IMG/VR virus record: IMGVR_UViG_3300043410_001471
Location: 62,001 to 126,000 of that record
Strand: one strand, 5' to 3'
Length of the DNA: 64,000 bases
A model generated the notes under the pieces. The model saw only the letters and a program-made list of their open reading frames with translations. It had not been told where the DNA came from and did no database searches. A program made the translations under genes and the position numbers. This document shows, in pieces, positions 49,366 to 57,624 of this stretch (within the stretch, counting starts at the first letter, position 1; every line of letters starts with the position of its first letter).

Positions 49366-49994
49366 TGAAAGAATTGATATTAGAAAATGGTAAAGTCGTT
49401 TATGATGAGATATACGATGGTGGTGGTAGCTCTTTTGGTGTAAATGCACTTAGAGATGAGAGAGTAAAATCCGTAATAAAAAGAGGAAACATATTGGAAA
49501 TGTGTTCTGGTCCAGGCTTTATGGGGTTTTTTTTAAATTTTGAAGGATTTGCAGATTATTTGGTTTTATCTGATATAAATGATGTACATGAATCATACAT
49601 TAGAGAAACTATTCTACAAAATAATTTGATGAATACTAAATTCATTCAATCAGATGGATTTAAATCATTCTATATACATAATGTGTTTGATACGATTGTT
49701 ATGAATGCACCACATTATGCATCTCCTAGAAATGGAGGATATGTTAGTAAAGAGGAAGAACTTATTTGTTTAGACCAAGATTTAGAATTCCACAAACATT
49801 TTTTTAAAACGGCAAAAAATTATTTAAAAAAAGATGGAGTTATCATATTAATTGGTAATATGGGCGGAATCCAACCACAAGAAATAATTGATATGGCTGG
49901 CGATGAATATTTATGTAATCTAATAGCATGTGAAAGATATGGTTGGATTAGAGATTCTAGGTTTTATGTTTTAGAAATAAAAGTAAATGGGTAG
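49365..49994 (+). CDS. Class I SAM methyltransferase (HemK/PrmC-like, probable N-methyltransferase)
   Basis: LEMCSGPG motif I, SDIN, SDGF, IVMNAPHY (NPPY-like motif IV). Confidence 0.8.
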   Translation: MKELILENGKVVYDEIYDGGGSSFGVNALRDERVKSVIKRGNILEMCSGPGFMGFFLNFEGFADYLVLSDINDVHESYIRETILQNNLMNTKFIQSDGFKSFYIHNVFDTIVMNAPHYASPRNGGYVSKEEELICLDQDLEFHKHFFKTAKNYLKKDGVIILIGNMGGIQPQEIIDMAGDEYLCNLIACERYGWIRDSRFYVLEIKVNG

Positions 49995-51426
49995 TAAAGA
50001 AAAAATAGTAGTTGGGTATGATATATTGTTTCCATACAATGAAGTTCCCAATTGTCTAAATCCAAAATATTTAGAATTTGCATATCATACCGATTGGACC
50101 TTCGATACATCGGAACATTATTTTAAAAATAAATTAAAAGCCATATGGCCGGTATTCAATGCAAGATTCAATGTACAATTAAATGATGAAGATGGCAACC
50201 CTGGTTATTTTGGAATAGAAACCCGCTCGGTTCATAGTATTATCAGAGAAAGAGAAAGAGGTAATTGTTATGATTGGTATTATTTAATTGAACCATATGG
50301 TGATATTGCTAATTTTTTAGGATTGGATAAATTTTCAAATAATATACCATTTAGTAAATTAATTCCATCAAAAACATTAGAAGAAATACGAGATTGGGGT
50401 GGAAAATTAGTTATTAACTATGTAATAGATGGTAATATAAATAAATTTCAATTAATAAAATTGTATAAATGTTTATTAGATTTAAATATTCCATTTAATA
50501 AGATTATCATATGTCATAATGATTTTAATTTAGAAAAAATGATGAAGCCAATATTTGGTGAAGATTTTCCAAAATTGATTCATTTTTGTTGGTCATTAAA
50601 TTCGAAAGCTGAAGAATACTTTAAGAAATTAAATCAAGATGATTATAATTTTTGGCAAGATGAAAATAAAAAAGCATCTTATAACTTTCTAACAACTGAA
50701 GAAGTATCCAATTTTGATAATAAAATTTACAAATTCAATAATTTCAATAGAAGAATTAGATTTCATAGAGCTGAAGTTTTATATTTTTTATGGAAAAATA
50801 ATATGATTGAAAATAATTTAATTAGTTATGATATGAATTTGTTTTTGGATGGTCCATTGGATGATATGAAATCTAGATTGAATGAAAATGAGTATAATGA
50901 ATTCATAAATTATATTCAACAAACATCTCCAAGAATAATAGATTATGATAATTTGGATAATGTATGGGGGTACGGATTTGAAAATAAAGAAGTATATTTG
51001 AATTCATTGATATCAATTGTTTCAGAAACTTTATTTTATGAAGAGAGTGGATATCTATCCGAAAAGATATGGAAACCAATAGTTCATGGACATCCTTTCA
51101 TATTAATAGGACCTGCAAATTCTTTGAAATTTTTGAAAGAAGAATTTGGATTCAAAACATTTGAACCAATAATAAATGAAAATTATGATTCCGAAGAAAA
51201 TCCTAAAAAAAGATTAGAATTAGTTTTGAATGAAATAGCTAGATTAAATAGTTATTCAATAGATGAATTGAAGGAAATGATAAAAGAATTAATACCTATT
51301 ATAAAGCATAATAAAAAACTTATGTATGATATTGGTAGTAAACATATATCATTAGACCATTATCATTTTTTAAAATTAACAGGTAGAGAAAAGTTAATAC
51401 CAAAACCAAAAATATCAATATTATGA
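49987..51426 (+). CDS. Putative glycosyltransferase, distant GT10-like family (paralog 3 of 3)
   Basis: FNNFNRR.RFHR; ISIVSET...YLSEKIWKPI..GHPFILIG...LKFLK..FGFKTF..INENYD. Confidence 0.5.
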   Translation: MGSKEKIVVGYDILFPYNEVPNCLNPKYLEFAYHTDWTFDTSEHYFKNKLKAIWPVFNARFNVQLNDEDGNPGYFGIETRSVHSIIRERERGNCYDWYYLIEPYGDIANFLGLDKFSNNIPFSKLIPSKTLEEIRDWGGKLVINYVIDGNINKFQLIKLYKCLLDLNIPFNKIIICHNDFNLEKMMKPIFGEDFPKLIHFCWSLNSKAEEYFKKLNQDDYNFWQDENKKASYNFLTTEEVSNFDNKIYKFNNFNRRIRFHRAEVLYFLWKNNMIENNLISYDMNLFLDGPLDDMKSRLNENEYNEFINYIQQTSPRIIDYDNLDNVWGYGFENKEVYLNSLISIVSETLFYEESGYLSEKIWKPIVHGHPFILIGPANSLKFLKEEFGFKTFEPIINENYDSEENPKKRLELVLNEIARLNSYSIDELKEMIKELIPIIKHNKKLMYDIGSKHISLDHYHFLKLTGREKLIPKPKISIL

Positions 51427-51542
51427 TGAATCCATTCAAATATTTAAAAGAGTTGTACGAAAAGTACAAAATGAAGAAAAGAATTGCAAAAAAATTAGCA
51501 GAGCTTAAAAAAAGAGACCCATTTGTTTATAAAAACTTCTAA
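51423..51542 (+). CDS. Small basic protein (39 aa, not in the ORF track)
   Basis: Manual translation MMNPFKYLKELYEKYKMKKRIAKKLAELKKRDPFVYKNF*; ATGA overlap with the upstream stop; fills the gap exactly. Confidence 0.6.
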   Translation: MMNPFKYLKELYEKYKMKKRIAKKLAELKKRDPFVYKNF

Positions 51543-51556
51543 AGTTAAGTTTTGGA

Positions 51557-51565
51557 ATATTTATA
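51557..51565 (+). promoter_or_regulatory. Putative late-promoter motif ATATTTATA
   Basis: Intergenic, 3 nt before ATG 51569. Confidence 0.5.
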
Positions 51566-51568
51566 TGT

Positions 51569-54500
51569 ATGAATTTAAGCGAAGTAGATAAACCAGAAGT
51601 TAAAAAGACCATAGTAGTATATTCAGGTCGTTTTCAACCATTTCACAAAGGGCATTATGTTTCTTATTTAAAACTTTGTAGTAAGTTTGGTAAGAATAAT
51701 GTCTATATTGGTACATCTAATGATACTTCCGGTCCAAAATCTCCATTTAACTTTAACGAAAAAGTTAAAATAATGAACACTATGTTCGGTATTCCATCGG
51801 ACAAGATAGTTCAGGTGAAAAATCCATATGCTCCAAAAGAAATTTTACAACAATTTGATGGTAAAACAACTCAATACATTGCAGCAGTTGGAGAAAAGGA
51901 TGCAAATAGATTACAAGGTAAATATTTTAAGCCATATAAAGGTAAAGCTGGATATGGTTACGATGAAATTGGTTATGTTTATCCCGTTCCTGCTGAAACT
52001 AACGCAATTAGTGGAACTGATGTTCGAAGTTGGTTAGGTAGTGATAGTAAAGATAAAGAAAAAGGATTTTTAAAAGCATATCCAAAATTTGATAAAGAAA
52101 TTTTTAAAATGATAACAGGTAAATTAAACGAATCGGTAAATACAAATCCATCATATACGATGAGGCCAGAACCACATCCAACTAGACATGAAACGGAACA
52201 CCCAACCGATGAACCTGATTGGCATAAAAAGGATGAACCATATGACCCTATTTCGGAATTAATAGGTAAAACTATGATGGAAGAAATGTTTCAAGACTTT
52301 TTAAGAGAATATTTGGATGAAGAATCCGAAGCTCAGAAAATGGGATTGATACACTTAGGTGGTGGGTATTATGGTAAGGAGCAAGGTAAACCAGCTACTC
52401 ATAAATCGGAAGATGGTAAAATTAGAGCATTAACACCCGCTGAAGTAGCTGCGGAAAAGCAAAAACAAATGGCTAAAGGTCCTTCGGATGCACCTGCAAA
52501 CGAACCTAAACCATCTCAACCAGGTCAACCTGTTAATAAAGGAGCAACTGCTCAAGGTAAAGTTGATAAAGCAAAGGAAGAACCAACTAATAAAAAAGTA
52601 GGTGGAGAACAGCCTGGTCAACAAGCGCCTCCGCCTGAACAAAAGTTAAGTGGAGCAGAATTGAAATCATCTGCCGAAATGTCTCCAGATGAAAAGAAAC
52701 AAGCCGAAGTAAAAGAAAAATTACATCATGCAATGGCTGATTTATCAGATGATGATAAAAAAGTAGTAGATGATGTTAATAACCCGGATTCAGAAATGAG
52801 AAAGGGTTGGTATGAAAAATTAAATGATTGGACTGGAGATAAACTACATAAAGTTGGTAAAGCAGTTGGGCATGTAATTGCACATAAAGTAGACCAATAT
52901 AAAGAATTTGGTAAGGGTATGTACTCATTAGCAACTTCAGGTAAATTGGGTACAATTACAGATGAAGAAACTGGTAAAAAAGTACATTGGTCTGATTATA
53001 CACAGGGAGGTTCATCCAAAGAAGGATGGGGAGATAAAATGAAAGATGTGCCTGTTTATAAAAAAGATAGTCATGGACATCCTATACATGATGAAGAAGG
53101 TAATCCGGTTCAAGATAAAGATTGGAGGGGTAGACCTAAAACACAAAAAGAACCTGTATTTAGAGAAGATTTATCACCAAGAGAATTGGCATTAGCAAAG
53201 AAATCTTGGTATGAAAGAAATGAACAAATAAAAGGTTTAAAAGGAACTGCTATGGATGCCGCTCTTATTGCTGGTAGTATGATGACAGCAGGGGCTGCAA
53301 CTGGGGCATTAGCTGCAAAGGGTATCGGTACTACTGCAAATGTTGCATCGTATGCGGGGCAAACATTGGGACATGCAATTCAACATGGAGCTGTTCACTC
53401 ATTCACATCGGGGGCGAGTTATTTTGGAATTCACTTAGGAAAGGATATGGCTAAACACGTTGCAATTGAAGCAACGGGATTAGGTGCGATGGGAACAACT
53501 ACTGCTGGAACTGTTTTAAGTGTTGCAACGGGTGGTATTTTGGAAGGAATTGGTAATGATTCAAATCAGCCAAATCCACAAGATATGATGATGAACCTAA
53601 TAAAGAAAATAGGTGAAAGAATGCAAACATTTAAAATGAGTGATGAACAAATGTTGGCATCTATTGAATCATATAAAAAAAATAAACCAGAATCCGATTT
53701 AGCAAACGCTGCAAAGGATTTAATGAAAGAAGATTTATCAGATTCTAAAAAAGCAAATATACAACACTTTGTAGAATTTGCAACTAAGAGATTAAAACTA
53801 CAAGAAACTCCAAAAGTAACTTTGGTAGGTGGAAAAGAATATGGTAATGTAAAATCTTCATTAGGTGGATACAGCCCAGAAGATAAAACAATATATGTTG
53901 CAACTGAAGGTAGATTGACAGCAGATATCCTAAGAACTCTTGCGCATGAGATGGTTCATAGAAAGCAAGATGAGATGGGATACATCAAAGATTCGGTACA
54001 AGATGGTGCGGATGGTTCTCCAATAGAAAACCAAGCACATTCAATTGCTGGAATCTTAATGAGAGAATATGGTAGAATCAACAAACAAATTTACAACGAA
54101 GATGTTAATGTAGATGTTGATAAAGGTGATGAAGTTTTAATGGGTAAATTTAAAAACAAAAAAGTTACCGTTAAAGATATTGGAACTGATGACCATGGGA
54201 TGCCAACAATCAATGGTAAGCAAGCAACTACATTCAGAATTCCACGAGGTGAAAGTGTAAACGAAGTTGGTTCAAATGATTGGAGATTCAAAGCAATTAT
54301 GAAATTGTGGGATAAAGCATCTACATTTGGTAGAAAGAAAATTGCAGCAGCAGTTTGTAAAGACCCAAATGCGGATAGAAATGATGTTGCAAGAGAATTG
54401 AGAAGTTTTGGATATAGAGATATAACATCGGTTGGTGACCAATTAGGATTAGACGAAAAAAAAAATCTTAAAGAAAAATTATCACACTCCAATTTAGATA

Positions 54501-56257
54501 GTGTAGAGAAATATGCGGATAGAGAATTATCTCCTGCTGATATTGAATTTAGTAATCATTTCTTTGATAGATTAAATGACCCAAGAAATGGTAAAGAAAT
54601 TTCAGAACCAGAATTAACTGGGTTTTTCAAAAGATTAGCAAGACACAAAAAAGAATTTTTAGATTTTTTAGATAAGTACAATCAAATCGTAGTTAAAGAT
54701 ACGAGAAGTGATATCAATATCCCATTTGTAAAAATGGCAAATAAAGTTATCGCTAAGACTGTAATGAGAAAGGGCGAATTTCAAACATCATCTCATACAA
54801 TCGTAAATGAAGCACAGGCCGTTAGTGGTGGCAAGGTTCATAAATTCATTACTGGTAAAAATTTAGGATTCAAAGGTAAAAAGTATTCTGAAATTGAATT
54901 TGAAACATTAGGAATCGATAATAGAAATCAGACTGTTAGATTGAAAATTATAGCACCAAAAGAAATTGGTGGTAATGAAATGAGTTTAGATTTCAGAACA
55001 ATTAGAAGAGGTCCTTTTTTCAAAACCGATACTCATTCTCACTCAATACATGAAGGATTGATATTAGAAGGTGGTGCATACGGGCACATGTCACATCCAT
55101 TTGATGATATGGATTTAACTTTTGGTGATTTGAAAAAGATTATCAAAGGAGCATTGACGGGTAATTTAGAATTGACAAGAGAGAAAACTGATGGGCAAGC
55201 ATTGGCAATCAGTTGGAAGAATGGTAGATTAATTGCAGCAAGAAATAAATCACATTTAGCTAATGGTGGAGCCGGTGCAATGGGTATCGAAGATGTAGCA
55301 AATAAGTTTGGTGGTAGAGGTGGTTTAACCGATGCATACAATTTCGCAATGAAGGATTTGACAGCAGCAATCCAATCATTATCAGAAGCACAAAGAAAAA
55401 AGATATTTAACGAAGGACAATGTTTTATGAATTTGGAAGTAATATGGCCAACTTCAGTAAATGTTATTCCTTACGGACAGGCTTTATTAGTATTCCACAA
55501 TACAACTTGTTATGATGAAAAGGGTGTAGCAGTTGGAGCAAATCAGGGAGCAGCAACAATGTTAGCAGGAATGATTAAGCAAGTAAACGCTGATGTTCAA
55601 TCAAAGTATACAATACAAGGTCCACCTGTAACAGAACTACCTAAAAATGAGGAGTTAAGTTCGAAGCAAACAAAATACCTAACTCAATTACAAAAGATTC
55701 AATTTCAATTCCAATTATCCGATAAGGATGGTGTTTCTGAATATCATCAAGCATGGTGGGAAGATTTTGTGAACAAAGGTGGAGTTAAATTACAAAAATT
55801 AGAAAAGGAAGCATTAGTAAGAAGATGGGCATTTGGCGATAAATCATTTCGTTTAAACACTATCGCTGATAAAGATGCTCAAAAATGGGCAATCGATAAT
55901 GATAAAGTAAATGTAGCTAAACAACAAAAAGAAAATGTTAGACAATTTGAAGAAATATTTTTGGGGGTTGGTGCAGACGTTCTCTCATTTATGGGTTCAG
56001 TTTTAACAGCAAACCCAGATGCAGCAGTTCGTAATATGAAAGATAGATTAAAATCAACTGCGGAGAAAGTTAGAGGAAGTGGTGACCCATCTAAAATAGC
56101 TAAATTGAAAATGGAATTAAGTAGATTGGCTAGTATTGGTGGTAAAGACAAGATAGTTCCAAACGAAGGTATTGTATTTGTTTATAAAGGAAACACTTAC
56201 AAACTTACAGGTACATTCGCACCATTAAATCAAATTTTAGGTATATTTTACGAATAA
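51569..56257 (+). CDS. Multidomain protein: HxGH nucleotidyltransferase, low-complexity/hydrophobic region, HExxH zincin, small domains, and C-terminal ligase-like KxDG domain (DUF6267-like)
   Basis: GRFQPFHKGH (51644-55); RTLAHEMVH (53945-59); GGAYGHMSHPFD, EKTDG (55181-95), ARNK, NLEVI, EGIVF, YKLTG at the C-terminus. Confidence 0.75.
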   Translation: MNLSEVDKPEVKKTIVVYSGRFQPFHKGHYVSYLKLCSKFGKNNVYIGTSNDTSGPKSPFNFNEKVKIMNTMFGIPSDKIVQVKNPYAPKEILQQFDGKTTQYIAAVGEKDANRLQGKYFKPYKGKAGYGYDEIGYVYPVPAETNAISGTDVRSWLGSDSKDKEKGFLKAYPKFDKEIFKMITGKLNESVNTNPSYTMRPEPHPTRHETEHPTDEPDWHKKDEPYDPISELIGKTMMEEMFQDFLREYLDEESEAQKMGLIHLGGGYYGKEQGKPATHKSEDGKIRALTPAEVAAEKQKQMAKGPSDAPANEPKPSQPGQPVNKGATAQGKVDKAKEEPTNKKVGGEQPGQQAPPPEQKLSGAELKSSAEMSPDEKKQAEVKEKLHHAMADLSDDDKKVVDDVNNPDSEMRKGWYEKLNDWTGDKLHKVGKAVGHVIAHKVDQYKEFGKGMYSLATSGKLGTITDEETGKKVHWSDYTQGGSSKEGWGDKMKDVPVYKKDSHGHPIHDEEGNPVQDKDWRGRPKTQKEPVFREDLSPRELALAKKSWYERNEQIKGLKGTAMDAALIAGSMMTAGAATGALAAKGIGTTANVASYAGQTLGHAIQHGAVHSFTSGASYFGIHLGKDMAKHVAIEATGLGAMGTTTAGTVLSVATGGILEGIGNDSNQPNPQDMMMNLIKKIGERMQTFKMSDEQMLASIESYKKNKPESDLANAAKDLMKEDLSDSKKANIQHFVEFATKRLKLQETPKVTLVGGKEYGNVKSSLGGYSPEDKTIYVATEGRLTADILRTLAHEMVHRKQDEMGYIKDSVQDGADGSPIENQAHSIAGILMREYGRINKQIYNEDVNVDVDKGDEVLMGKFKNKKVTVKDIGTDDHGMPTINGKQATTFRIPRGESVNEVGSNDWRFKAIMKLWDKASTFGRKKIAAAVCKDPNADRNDVARELRSFGYRDITSVGDQLGLDEKKNLKEKLSHSNLDSVEKYADRELSPADIEFSNHFFDRLNDPRNGKEISEPELTGFFKRLARHKKEFLDFLDKYNQIVVKDTRSDINIPFVKMANKVIAKTVMRKGEFQTSSHTIVNEAQAVSGGKVHKFITGKNLGFKGKKYSEIEFETLGIDNRNQTVRLKIIAPKEIGGNEMSLDFRTIRRGPFFKTDTHSHSIHEGLILEGGAYGHMSHPFDDMDLTFGDLKKIIKGALTGNLELTREKTDGQALAISWKNGRLIAARNKSHLANGGAGAMGIEDVANKFGGRGGLTDAYNFAMKDLTAAIQSLSEAQRKKIFNEGQCFMNLEVIWPTSVNVIPYGQALLVFHNTTCYDEKGVAVGANQGAATMLAGMIKQVNADVQSKYTIQGPPVTELPKNEELSSKQTKYLTQLQKIQFQFQLSDKDGVSEYHQAWWEDFVNKGGVKLQKLEKEALVRRWAFGDKSFRLNTIADKDAQKWAIDNDKVNVAKQQKENVRQFEEIFLGVGADVLSFMGSVLTANPDAAVRNMKDRLKSTAEKVRGSGDPSKIAKLKMELSRLASIGGKDKIVPNEGIVFVYKGNTYKLTGTFAPLNQILGIFYE

Positions 56258-56303
56258 AAAATAATATATATACATATATACAAAGGTTATTAATAAAAGA
56301 ATT

Positions 56304-56972
56304 ATGGTAAAAAGAACAAGTTTTGAACAAAAAAATAAACACATTCACAAATCTCGTAAACTAATTATCGATACGGTATTTGGTAGAACCGATGATAATC
56401 AAAATGTGTTTGGTTATGAAAAAGAAGCAGAACAAAAAAGAGAAGTAGGTGAGAAGTGGGTTGATAAAGATGGTAAGGAGTGGGAACAAAAAGAAGGATT
56501 TAAAATCAACACTACTAAAATGGATGAGGTTAGAGAATATCTAAAAAAGATAACAACTTGCTCATCCGATGATTGTAAAACAATTCAATATAGTACTGCT
56601 GATAAGAAGTTAATTGCTAAAACGGGGTTATGTACAACTTGTTTGGCAAAGCAAGAAAGTATATTGAGAGGTGATGGAACTTGGCCTTTTTATGAAGATT
56701 ATAAAATAACTTTAAACAAGTTAGATTATGTTAGAGATGTTAAAGCACAATTAGAAGAGGCTTTAGAAGGTGTCAAGCAGCAAGTTGAAATGATTAATGA
56801 AGATGGTACTATAAGCAAATGGCAATGGGATATTGATATTCAAAAAGTAAAATCTGATTTAAAAAATGATATTGCTGGAGCTTACAACGCAATTGAAGAA
56901 TTGTTAGAGCGTAAGTTGGCATTAGAAAATAAGTTACAGGAATTAAATCATTCAGAATTAATAAAAAACTAA
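56304..56972 (+). CDS. Hypothetical protein with Cys cluster and coiled coil, upstream of terminase
   Basis: CSSDDC...CTTC; C-terminal heptads. A small-terminase role is possible but unsupported. Confidence 0.55.
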   Translation: MVKRTSFEQKNKHIHKSRKLIIDTVFGRTDDNQNVFGYEKEAEQKREVGEKWVDKDGKEWEQKEGFKINTTKMDEVREYLKKITTCSSDDCKTIQYSTADKKLIAKTGLCTTCLAKQESILRGDGTWPFYEDYKITLNKLDYVRDVKAQLEEALEGVKQQVEMINEDGTISKWQWDIDIQKVKSDLKNDIAGAYNAIEELLERKLALENKLQELNHSELIKN

Positions 56973-56975
56973 ATT

Positions 56976-57623
56976 ATGAAAAAATTCTTAAACATTAAGA
57001 ACATTGCAATTGCAGTATTAGTTGTAATTGTATTATTAGAACTTTGGAACCCAGGTGGAGTTATGCCAGGTAAAACTATCAGAATCGATGGTAAAAAATA
57101 CGAAGTTATCAAACATGAAATTGATACAATCGATGTAATCAAAACAAAAGTAGTTACTAAAAAAGGTGAAGATATCTATCACGAAACAATTGTTGAAAAG
57201 GAAGTACAAATTCCAGCAGTAGTAGATACTATGGCTTTATTGAAAGATTACTATTCAAAAGTATTATACAAAGATGTATTAGTATTGCCTGATTCATTGG
57301 GAACAGTAGCTGTAACTGATACAATTTCACAAAATAAAATCTTAGGTAGAACTTTCAATGCAAATGTTAAACAAAGAACTATTAAAGAAACTACAATTGT
57401 AAAAGAATTACCTAAAACAAAAGTATTCTACGGATTCGAAGGTGGATTCAATAAATCAGATGTTGTATCTCATATTGGAGCAGGTGTTATCTTAAATACT
57501 AAAAAGGATAAATTATATCACTTAGGTATTGGAGTAGCTAATAGAGTAGTAGATGGTACAAATGGTTCTCTTTCTCCTTACATCAATGGTGGTGTATATT
57601 GGAAGATTAGATTAAAAAAATAA
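56976..57623 (+). CDS. Membrane-anchored protein with C-terminal beta-strands (possible lysis accessory)
   Basis: N-terminal TM helix IAIAVLVVIVLLELW; alternating beta pattern ending YINGGVYWKI. Confidence 0.5.
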   Translation: MKKFLNIKNIAIAVLVVIVLLELWNPGGVMPGKTIRIDGKKYEVIKHEIDTIDVIKTKVVTKKGEDIYHETIVEKEVQIPAVVDTMALLKDYYSKVLYKDVLVLPDSLGTVAVTDTISQNKILGRTFNANVKQRTIKETTIVKELPKTKVFYGFEGGFNKSDVVSHIGAGVILNTKKDKLYHLGIGVANRVVDGTNGSLSPYINGGVYWKIRLKK

Positions 57624-57624
57624 T

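Noticed and set aside
25518-51426. Captured host capsule/LPS operon or chimeric assembly
   Set aside because: Flanked seamlessly by phage genes with the same strand, tight overlaps and AT-rich style; contains in-situ paralog duplications; lacks export and polymerase genes.
56304-56972. Small terminase assignment
   Set aside because: Position only; no recognisable gp16 motif.
57615-57623. A AAA AAA before stops at 57623 and 15599 as further frameshift sites
   Set aside because: The -1 frames close within about 15 codons and normal downstream ATGs exist.
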